Virus record (IMG/VR): IMGVR_UViG_3300032301_001148
Coordinates: 1-64,000 of that record
Length of the DNA stretch: 64,000 bases
Source of the DNA: a virus
Taxonomy: Duplodnaviria; Caudoviricetes
Direction: 5' to 3' (one strand)
Position numbers and translations under genes: made by a program. Under the pieces are notes generated by a model. It made no database searches, had not been told where the DNA came from, and saw nothing but the letters and a program-made list of their open reading frames with translations. Of this stretch, positions 55,708 through 63,506 are shown one piece after another (position 1 is the stretch's first letter; each line of letters begins with the position of its first letter).

Positions 55708-56554
55708 AATTTCTTCAATACAACATTTAGCTGGTATCGTTCCAATCGGTGGACAAAAATTAGATTTTAATATGCCTTGGGAAGATAGCCTAATGCCGAT
55801 AGCGCAAAACTATCTTGCAGTTGAAAGAGCAGTATTTCAATGTGCTTTAGCAGGTTGTGAGACTATTTGGATAGTTGGTCATTTAGGAACACAACCATTA
55901 ATAAGAAAAAGAATTGGAGATATATTAATTGACCCAATATCTTTAAATGCTAGATTCCAAGAGCAGCAATATAAGGAAATTAGTATATATTATGTTCCAA
56001 TTCATCCAAGAGATAGAACAAGAAGAGATTGTTTGGGATGGAGTGTATTACACGGAGCCGATAATGCTTTTAGAGTGTCTAGATTTATTTCTAAATGGAT
56101 AGCGCCAGAAAGGTTTTTCTGTTCATTCCCATATGGTATAGTATCTGACGAGAGCTTAAGAGAAAATAGACTATTACTTTCCAGCAAGCAAAAAGTCTTA
56201 TATTCTTATGACAACAAAACTGTAAAAGATAATTTACATTTGCCGTTTACATTTGATGCTGAAGATTATTTCTGCTGTAGGGATATAGTTAAACATAAAC
56301 AAGCAGAAGAATGGGGAGAAACTTCAGCTAGATTTTATGACTTAAAAACAGTATTTAAAGGAGTTGATTCCCAAAATGCTTCCATGATAGAGTTACCGTG
56401 GTTTCACGATATAAGCACTTGGAATGGCTATACAAATTATATATCTTCCCAAGAAAGTAAATTATATAGCAAGCCAACCAGCTTATTTAAAGGCAATAAA
56501 AGAAAACCTTTTGAAAGGAAAAAACATGAGCAAGACAACAGAGAAGATTTATAA
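55691..56554 (+). CDS. Nucleotidyltransferase-like protein (NTP_transferase/GT-A fold)
   Basis: LAGIVPIGG...P...LMPI...AVERAV...ALAGCETIWIV. Confidence 0.6.
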   Translation: MQSIDKISSIQHLAGIVPIGGQKLDFNMPWEDSLMPIAQNYLAVERAVFQCALAGCETIWIVGHLGTQPLIRKRIGDILIDPISLNARFQEQQYKEISIYYVPIHPRDRTRRDCLGWSVLHGADNAFRVSRFISKWIAPERFFCSFPYGIVSDESLRENRLLLSSKQKVLYSYDNKTVKDNLHLPFTFDAEDYFCCRDIVKHKQAEEWGETSARFYDLKTVFKGVDSQNASMIELPWFHDISTWNGYTNYISSQESKLYSKPTSLFKGNKRKPFERKKHEQDNREDL

Positions 56555-56771
56555 CGAAATGAGTAGGCAATACAAGAGTAAAATTGATTTTCCTGCATAT
56601 TATTCTGAATTATCAGTAGACCAGCAATTATTCATTGATAATTTATTTGACGACACTGCTGATGAAAAGTTAGAAAAATTAAGAACTGCTTATAGAGGCG
56701 TAATGGAACATATTAATGGCTTTGTAGACAATCTAGAAAAGACAGAATCTATACTTTTTCCTATGGAATAG
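56526..56771 (+). CDS. Hypothetical protein
   Basis: SD aagga before the ATG at 56526. Confidence 0.5.
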   Translation: MSKTTEKIYNEMSRQYKSKIDFPAYYSELSVDQQLFIDNLFDDTADEKLEKLRTAYRGVMEHINGFVDNLEKTESILFPME

Positions 56772-56806
56772 AATATTTGATGCCTAGTTATTATGAGGGC
56801 ATCTAT

Positions 56807-57961
56807 ATGAAAAAAATATTATTATTACTTTTATTAGTTTCTTGCGACAATTCTAAAATTCAAAAGTATAATCTATGTGGACAAGTATGCCACCCAGACT
56901 CTAAAAAGGCTGGTGTTGGCATTTGTCATTTAGGATATTGGGAATGTAATGAAAATCAGGAACCAGAATGTGTTGGCTATGGCGCAGCAGGCAAAGAAAT
57001 ATGCGATGGTTTAGATAACGATTGTGATGGTGCTATAGATGATTCACTAATTCAAATTTGCCAATCAACTTGCGGAGTTGGATTTGAGATATGTGTTAAT
57101 GGAAAATACATTAATTGTGATGCCCCTAATCCGCAAACTGAAATATGTGATGGTTTAGACAATGATTGTAATGGCAAAGTTGACGATTTTCAATTTCAAT
57201 CACAACCATGCTATACAGGAGATGCAGGAGATTTAATGTATGGCGAATGTCATCCCGGCTCTAGCAGATGTATAGCAGGAAAAGTACAGTGTGTAAATCA
57301 ACAATTACCGCATTACGAAATGTGTGACGGCAAGGATAATGATTGTGATGGCGAAATAGACGAAAATGTAACAAAACCAAACCGTTTAATAGATGTTGTA
57401 TTTGTTATTGACGAAAGTGGGTCAATGGAAAGTGTTATTAGAAATATAGCTAATGTTTCTAAAACTTGGGTAACAAAATATAATAACAGAGCAGATTTAA
57501 AATTTGCAGTTGTTGCCGCACCTTGGTCTAATTCGGCATATGACTCGCAAACGTTGTTGATTCAAGATTTAGCTAATGCTAGTATTGCATCTATCGCCTT
57601 GTCTAACCAATATGCAGGTAACTGTACTTATGAACCAACATGGGATGCAATATATTTATTAAGTAATTCTCTTAATGAATTAGGCTTGACATGGAGAACA
57701 AACTCAGTTAAAGTGATTATTATGTTTACAGATGAAACAGGGCAATCTTACGAATATAACCCCCCACTTGTTTTGCAAGAAGTAGTAGATATGGCAGTCC
57801 AAGAAAATAGACATGTTTATGTTTTTACTGTTGCAAATGTTTATACGTCATACCAACCAATAGCTGATGCAACAGACGGTGGAATATATAATTTATATCT
57901 GTCTCAACCAGAAATGGAATCAGTATTAGACTCTATCGTAGCGGAGGAAACGTGCAAATAA
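56807..57961 (+). CDS. Lipoprotein with three CDGxDNDC (MopE-type metal-binding) repeats and a C-terminal vWA domain
   Basis: Lipobox MKKILLLLLLVSC; EICDGLDNDCDG, EICDGLDNDCNG and EMCDGKDNDCDG; MIDAS DESGSM...T...FTDE. Confidence 0.8.
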   Translation: MKKILLLLLLVSCDNSKIQKYNLCGQVCHPDSKKAGVGICHLGYWECNENQEPECVGYGAAGKEICDGLDNDCDGAIDDSLIQICQSTCGVGFEICVNGKYINCDAPNPQTEICDGLDNDCNGKVDDFQFQSQPCYTGDAGDLMYGECHPGSSRCIAGKVQCVNQQLPHYEMCDGKDNDCDGEIDENVTKPNRLIDVVFVIDESGSMESVIRNIANVSKTWVTKYNNRADLKFAVVAAPWSNSAYDSQTLLIQDLANASIASIALSNQYAGNCTYEPTWDAIYLLSNSLNELGLTWRTNSVKVIIMFTDETGQSYEYNPPLVLQEVVDMAVQENRHVYVFTVANVYTSYQPIADATDGGIYNLYLSQPEMESVLDSIVAEETCK

Positions 57962-58185
57962 TCAAGAACGCAGCACAGTGTTTAAGTTGTAATGAAGTGG
58001 TTGAAAGCAAGCATCGCCATGATTTTGTTCGTTGTAGCTGTGGAAACTTAGCCGTAGATGGTGGGAAAGATTATCTAAAACGTTCTGTAGGTAAGCATGG
58101 TATAAAAAATATGTCCCAGACAGAACACGATAAAGATTGCTATTGGCATAAAGATTGGCATCAGTGTAGCTGCGGTGCTTTCTAA
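57952..58185 (+). CDS. Small Zn-ribbon phage protein
   Basis: AQCLSC..VVESKHRHDFVRCSCG..AVDGG. Confidence 0.7.
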   Translation: MQIIKNAAQCLSCNEVVESKHRHDFVRCSCGNLAVDGGKDYLKRSVGKHGIKNMSQTEHDKDCYWHKDWHQCSCGAF

Positions 58186-58592
58186 TGCCAATTAAAAAAG
58201 ATGAAACGTATTTTCGTCAATACGTAAACAAATTATTTTCACTTCCAAGCCGTACCGACAAATACGCAATCGTAGATGTAAAAAAGATTGGCAAGATATA
58301 TTATTTTGTTTATATTGGTTTTGAAAATCACAGCAGCGATGAACCAGCTATGGAAGAATGTAAAACATTATTAAAAACAGTTAATATTCTAGACCTGCCA
58401 TGTGATTATAAATGTGAAAGTTGTCAAGAAGCATGTGCAATAGTTAAGAATAGCGAACAGAATAATCTTTCTTGCCCAAAATGTTTTCATGCATCAAATT
58501 GTCAATCATGTGATGAATGTGGAGTGGATGTTTATTGGGAACACGCAAAGAAAAAAGATGATATGAGAGTTTGCGAGGATTGTTTTGAATAA
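58185..58592 (+). CDS. Cys-rich hypothetical protein
   Basis: Multiple CxxC pairs in the C-terminal half. Confidence 0.55.
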   Translation: MPIKKDETYFRQYVNKLFSLPSRTDKYAIVDVKKIGKIYYFVYIGFENHSSDEPAMEECKTLLKTVNILDLPCDYKCESCQEACAIVKNSEQNNLSCPKCFHASNCQSCDECGVDVYWEHAKKKDDMRVCEDCFE

Positions 58593-58794
58593 TCTTACTA
58601 TCAATAAAACAAACGTTAAATGTTGTGAAAAGGGTAACCAAGCTCTTCATTTCCTCCATAAACGCAAAGAGTTCATGATAATGTATGAAGGTGAAGAATG
58701 GTGGATTATAGTTGACTTCTGCCCGTGGTGTGGTGTAAAGTTAGATACATGGCACGTTGATTACGATAAAACTGAAAGGTTTGAAAAGGTATGA
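58585..58794 (+). CDS. Small Cys-containing hypothetical protein
   Basis: KCC...IVDFCPWCGVKL. Confidence 0.55.
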   Translation: MNNLTINKTNVKCCEKGNQALHFLHKRKEFMIMYEGEEWWIIVDFCPWCGVKLDTWHVDYDKTERFEKV

Positions 58795-58991
58795 GCGGTA
58801 ATCATAAATCAAAATCTTTAAATAATTTATTAGAATCATTAGAAAAAGCTGGTTGTATTTTAAATGAAACTAAAAACGGGATTAAGATATATGCACCAGA
58901 TGGTATAAATACATATATTTGTCATAGAACCGAAAAGGCTTTTCACCCTGTTCGTAGGTGGGCTAACCGATTTGTGTTTAAGAATCTGTAA
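58791..58991 (+). CDS. Small protein with a HicA-like (dsRBD) pattern
   Basis: LLESLEKAGCILNETKNGIKIYAPDG...ICH helix-beta-beta-beta-helix layout. Confidence 0.35.
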   Translation: MSGNHKSKSLNNLLESLEKAGCILNETKNGIKIYAPDGINTYICHRTEKAFHPVRRWANRFVFKNL

Positions 58992-59006
58992 AGAAAGAAA
59001 CTTAAT

Positions 59007-59261
59007 ATGCCTAAGAAATCTAAACTGCAAAAGGTAATTGAAGCAGCGGCAGAAACTCCAGAAGTTCGTACTTTTAAACCTTATACTTGGATTAAGTGCA
59101 ATCGTCCTAGTATGTGGAGTGATAAATTAAAGAAAAACGCTCGTTATCTTTTCATGGGTTGGATTACAAACAATCCTGAATTTGGTGATAACGCTGTTTT
59201 AATGGATGACCGTGGAGTATTTACTTGCTCCATAAAAGAAGAAGATTTTGAGGTTTATTAA
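59007..59261 (+). CDS. Hypothetical protein
   Basis: ORF track. Confidence 0.5.
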   Translation: MPKKSKLQKVIEAAAETPEVRTFKPYTWIKCNRPSMWSDKLKKNARYLFMGWITNNPEFGDNAVLMDDRGVFTCSIKEEDFEVY

Positions 59262-59265
59262 TAAA

Positions 59266-59661
59266 ATGACTGAACATGAAATGCGATTAAAGATTCAGCA
59301 ATATGATTGTACTTATGGTGATAATCCATTTTTAATTCATTGTCCTCTTAATAAGCCGTGCATGAAGCATAAGTATGAAAATCTTCACCAGAAACTATTT
59401 GAAGAAACCCAGACAAAGGGTGTAGAATGTGATAAGTGTGGTTGGGCAATGAAGTTTCCCGACGAACCTTGTCGTTGTGAATTGGAAGAAAAAGTAAAGT
59501 TATTGAGAAGTGCTTTGGATATCTTATTTGACGAAGCTACCAATAGCAGCAATATATATACACACGATGGTTGGAATGTACGTAATCCTTATCTTGAATT
59601 ACCGAAAAAGGTAGAAGAACAGGTACGTGAAGCTTTAAGAGTAACAGAGGATATTAAATGA
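59266..59661 (+). CDS. Hypothetical protein with CxxC...CxC
   Basis: ATG at 59266; ECDKCGW...PCRC. Confidence 0.5.
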   Translation: MTEHEMRLKIQQYDCTYGDNPFLIHCPLNKPCMKHKYENLHQKLFEETQTKGVECDKCGWAMKFPDEPCRCELEEKVKLLRSALDILFDEATNSSNIYTHDGWNVRNPYLELPKKVEEQVREALRVTEDIK

Positions 59662-59894
59662 AAATCAGATTAAATAGAGTGCCTTATATTTGTCCTGTAA
59701 TAAATGACCATTTAGGCGGTGGTGCAGGACATTACCAGTTTGGTACTTCATGGTTAAATGTTCCTGTTGACTTCCAAAAAGAAAAGGAAGATGATATGTT
59801 TTGGACAGGTAAAATCATCACACGTTATGAAAATACGGATGGTTGGTTACAAGTAGAATTGTATAAAGAGTGCTTTGATGTTGTGGAGGAATAA
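59658..59894 (+). CDS. Hypothetical protein
   Basis: ORF track; overlaps the previous stop. Confidence 0.5.
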   Translation: MKIRLNRVPYICPVINDHLGGGAGHYQFGTSWLNVPVDFQKEKEDDMFWTGKIITRYENTDGWLQVELYKECFDVVEE

Positions 59895-60091
59895 TGAATG
59901 ATAATCCGCTAGCTGGAGAATTATGGTTAGATAAACATAATGATAATTATTTATTTATCACCACTCAAAAAATGATGATTTCTTCTTCTCTTGACCAAGA
60001 ATGGATTTGGTGGCATAATATAAGCTGTAACACAGTCGGTAATTCATCGTTAGAATATTTCTTAAACCGTTGCATAAAGGTAAACAAATAA
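59894..60091 (+). CDS. Hypothetical protein
   Basis: ORF track; TAATG coupling at both ends. Confidence 0.5.
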   Translation: MNDNPLAGELWLDKHNDNYLFITTQKMMISSSLDQEWIWWHNISCNTVGNSSLEYFLNRCIKVNK

Positions 60092-62748
60092 TGAGCGAAA
60101 GAAAAAAGCCTAGCATTCCGTTTGCCAATTTGCATGGACACACCACGTATTCGGTAAGTGATGGATTGGGCTATCCAGAAGAGCACGCCAACTTTGCAAT
60201 TAGCAATGGTCTTGAAGGAATGGCTTTTACCGAACACGGTAATTGTAATTCTTTCTCATATGCTTTTATGAAGGCAAAGAAGCTAAAGGAAGAAGGCAAT
60301 AAATTTAAGATTTGCTACGGCATTGAAGCCTATATCCATCCGTCTATTCAGGATTGGAAACTGGAAAAGCAAAAGCACAAGGAAGATGCAAAGCTTTCCA
60401 AGCAAATTGATGAAGATGTTGGACTTGTTGTTGAAGACGAAAGCGAAACCAAGAAGGGTATTCGCTCAACACTTAATCGTCGTTCTCATTTAGTTTTGCT
60501 TGCCCAGAATCAAAAGGGTCTAAACAACATTTTTAAGCTTGTTTCAGATTCATATCGTGGGGATAACTTTTATCGTTTCCCACGTATGGATTATGAAATG
60601 CTCAAGAAGTATAATGAGGGAGTTATTGCAAGCTCTGCCTGCCTTGGTGGAGTGTTGAGCAATGATTATTGGGCAAACATAGATAAGGGAGAGAAGGCCG
60701 TTTATACAGCAATGGAAAAGACTGTCGGGAATATGATGGATATCTTTGGCGACCGCTTTTATGGTGAGTTGCAATGGGCAAACTATAAAGAGCAGCATAT
60801 TGTAAATCAGTTTATCATTAATCTTTCCAAACAATTTGGTTTCAAGCTTATCAGCACTTGTGATGCACATTTTCCTTCACCAGATATGTGGAAGGACCGT
60901 GAGATTTATAAGATGCTTGGTTGGCTTGGAAAAGGTAAGAATGAACTTAAGATTGATGCACTTCCACACACATTGGAAGAAATGGAATACCAACTTTATC
61001 CCAAAAATGGTGACGAACTATTCGCAACGTATAAGCGTTTTTCAGGCGCTCTTGGATTTAGCTACGATGATAAATTGGTAGAGGAGAGTATCGCTCGTAC
61101 TGCGGATATTCTCAAGAATCGTATTGAAGATTATATGCCTGATACAAGTGTTAAGCTTCCGTCCTTCGTTGTTCCAGAAGGTGAAACGGCTGATAGTGCA
61201 TTGGCAAAGATTGCCGTTGATGCACTAAAGAATACTGGTCTATACAAAGATAATGATTATGTTTCCAGACTTAAGGAAGAACTCCACACCATTAAGGACC
61301 GTGGATTCTCTAAGTATTTCCTTACAATGAAAAAGATTTCCGATAAGTCTAAGGAAGTCCAGCTTTGCGGTGGAGGTCGTGGTTCAGGAGCAGGTTCGCT
61401 TGTATCTTATTTATTGAATATTACCGAAGTAGACCCAATCAAATATAAGCTTCAGTTCAGCAGATTTATCCGCAAGACGGATACGAATCTTCCTGATATT
61501 GACTTTGACGTTTCCGACCCGATGGAAATCAAGGAAATGTTTATCAAGGAATTCGGTGAGAACACTGTTGTTCCTATCTCAAATTATAACACTCTAAAGG
61601 CTCGCTCTCTTGTTAAGGATATCAGCAAGCTATATGGTATTCCTTTTACAGAGGTAAATGAAGTTACGTCCAAAATGATTCATGAGGCAACTCCTGTCTG
61701 TAAGAAGATTCATGGAATTATTGCGGGTGTGTATGAGCCTACTTGGGAAGAGTTAAAGGAGCATTCTCCTTCTCTTGTGTTATATCTAAAGAAGTATCCG
61801 CACGTTGCGACACACGTTGATAACTTGCAGAAGCAAGTTCGTTCAATCTCTCGCCATGCTGGTGGTGTATTGTTTGCAGATAATATAGATGAGAAAATGC
61901 CGCTAATTAATAGCGGTGGCATTATTCAAACTCCTTGGACCGAAGGGCAAACAGTTCGTCACTTGGAACCCCTTGGTTGGGTTAAGTTTGACGTGTTAGG
62001 TTTAGCTTCTCTCCGCATGATTGAAGGTGCGATTGAGCATATCTTGAAGCGGCACCACAATATGCCAAATCCAAGCTTTGCGGATATCAAAAAGTATTAC
62101 AACGAAAAGCTACATCCAGAAAAGATTGACCTAAATGACGAAGGTGTATATAAGCATATCTTTAATGAAGGCAACTTCTGTGGAACGTTCCAGTTCACCA
62201 GTAAGAATGCACAGAAATTCTGCATGCAAGCAAAGCCAAAGAACATTGTAGATATTGCCGCTATTACGTCTATTTTCCGTCCCGGTCCATTATCAGCAAA
62301 CGTACATGAAAATTATATCACTGCAAAAAATAATACTGATACGATTCGCTATGCTCACCCACTAATTAAAGAGGTAACACAAGACACATTTGGCTTCCTT
62401 GTATTCCAAGAACAATTAAGCCTACTCGCTCATAAACTAGGCAAGGATATCTCGCTGGATGAAGGCAACGAACTCAGAAAAGTTCTTACAAAGAAAGGCA
62501 CTGGAAAAGAGGCTCAAGTTAAAGAGAAACTGTACAGCAAGTTCATTGCCGGTTGCACCGAAAAAGGTCTTTCAGAGGATGACGGAATCTCTCTTTGGAA
62601 GACTATGGAATTCTTCTCAGGATATGGCTTTAACCTTTCTCATGCTATCTGTTATTCTATACTTTCTTATCAGTGTGCTTATCTTTTCTATCATTACCCT
62701 GCTGAATGGCTTGCTGCATTTCTTGATGCGGAATCGGGAATAATTTAA
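60091..62748 (+). CDS. dnaE: DNA polymerase III alpha subunit (family C), N-terminal fragment: PHP, palm, thumb and fingers
   Basis: NLHGHTTYSVSDG, TEHGN, GIEAY, SACLGG, DAHF, GRGSGAGSLV, PDIDFD, RHAGG, KFDVLGL, FRPGP, FQEQ and GYGFNLSHA; ends AAFLDAESGII-TAA. Confidence 0.95.
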   Translation: MSERKKPSIPFANLHGHTTYSVSDGLGYPEEHANFAISNGLEGMAFTEHGNCNSFSYAFMKAKKLKEEGNKFKICYGIEAYIHPSIQDWKLEKQKHKEDAKLSKQIDEDVGLVVEDESETKKGIRSTLNRRSHLVLLAQNQKGLNNIFKLVSDSYRGDNFYRFPRMDYEMLKKYNEGVIASSACLGGVLSNDYWANIDKGEKAVYTAMEKTVGNMMDIFGDRFYGELQWANYKEQHIVNQFIINLSKQFGFKLISTCDAHFPSPDMWKDREIYKMLGWLGKGKNELKIDALPHTLEEMEYQLYPKNGDELFATYKRFSGALGFSYDDKLVEESIARTADILKNRIEDYMPDTSVKLPSFVVPEGETADSALAKIAVDALKNTGLYKDNDYVSRLKEELHTIKDRGFSKYFLTMKKISDKSKEVQLCGGGRGSGAGSLVSYLLNITEVDPIKYKLQFSRFIRKTDTNLPDIDFDVSDPMEIKEMFIKEFGENTVVPISNYNTLKARSLVKDISKLYGIPFTEVNEVTSKMIHEATPVCKKIHGIIAGVYEPTWEELKEHSPSLVLYLKKYPHVATHVDNLQKQVRSISRHAGGVLFADNIDEKMPLINSGGIIQTPWTEGQTVRHLEPLGWVKFDVLGLASLRMIEGAIEHILKRHHNMPNPSFADIKKYYNEKLHPEKIDLNDEGVYKHIFNEGNFCGTFQFTSKNAQKFCMQAKPKNIVDIAAITSIFRPGPLSANVHENYITAKNNTDTIRYAHPLIKEVTQDTFGFLVFQEQLSLLAHKLGKDISLDEGNELRKVLTKKGTGKEAQVKEKLYSKFIAGCTEKGLSEDDGISLWKTMEFFSGYGFNLSHAICYSILSYQCAYLFYHYPAEWLAAFLDAESGII

Positions 62749-62756
62749 AATATCAT

Positions 62757-62802
62757 ACTACTTATAGTAAGATGGTTGGCGGCATTTCTTACTATTATGG
62801 AG
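62757..62802 (+). promoter_or_regulatory. Late-motif variant, hairpin and RBS ahead of the homing endonuclease
   Basis: ACTACTTA at 62757-64; 9-bp stem atagtaaga (62764-72) / tcttactat (62787-95); GGAG at 62799-62802. Confidence 0.45.
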
Positions 62803-62810
62803 AAAATGAT

Positions 62811-63506
62811 ATGATGGGTATTTATAAAATAACTAATAAAATAAACGGATTAATTTATATAGGTAGTTCTAAAAATATAGAATATCGCTGGAGAAAGCAT
62901 AAGGAAATGTTGGAAAGTGATAGACATTATAACTGTCATTTACAAAGTAGTTGGAATAAATACGGCTCCGAAAACTTTATTTTTGAAGTTTTAGAAGAAA
63001 CAACAAAAAATCATTTATTAATTAGAGAGCAGTATTATTTAGACACCTTGACTCCTTTTGATACTTTAGGCTATAATGCCTGTAAGATTGCTGGTTCTCC
63101 TTTGGGCTATAAACATACCGAAGAAACTATAGAGAAAAGAAGAAAAATACTTAAAGGTAGAACAGTGAGCGAAGAAACAAGAAAAAAAATTGGTGATAAA
63201 TTAAGAGGCAAAAAACGCTCTCCAGAACAAATAAAAAAATTTTCTGAAGTACAAAAAACAAGATGGGAAAAAATGTCGGATGAAGAAAAAAGTTTAAAAA
63301 AGCAAGAAGTTAAAGAACATTTTGCCAAATATCCAAAAAAAATAAGCGAAGAAACAAAAGAAAAAATAAGGCTTTCTCTCCTTGGAAGAAAAAGACCAAA
63401 AGAATTTTGTGAAAAAATGTCAAAGATTAGAAAAGGTAAAAAACTTTCCGAAGAAACAAAACAGAAATTAAGGGAAATAGCAAAAGAAAGAAAAAATAAT
63501 GAGTGA
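62811..63506 (+). mobile_element. Free-standing GIY-YIG homing endonuclease with NUMOD3-type repeats
   Basis: GIYKITNKINGLIYIGSS...R...H...N..LQ..WNKYG..NF.FEVLE catalytic domain, then repeated (H/V/I/L)SEET(R/K).K(I/L) units. The likely start is the ATG at 62811, after GGAG. Confidence 0.92.

Noticed and set aside
62749-63506. Group I intron carrying the GIY-YIG gene
   Set aside because: There are only 62 non-coding nt upstream and none downstream. I could not find P7 or other core elements, and dnaE-C has its own coupled ATG. RT-PCR would settle it.
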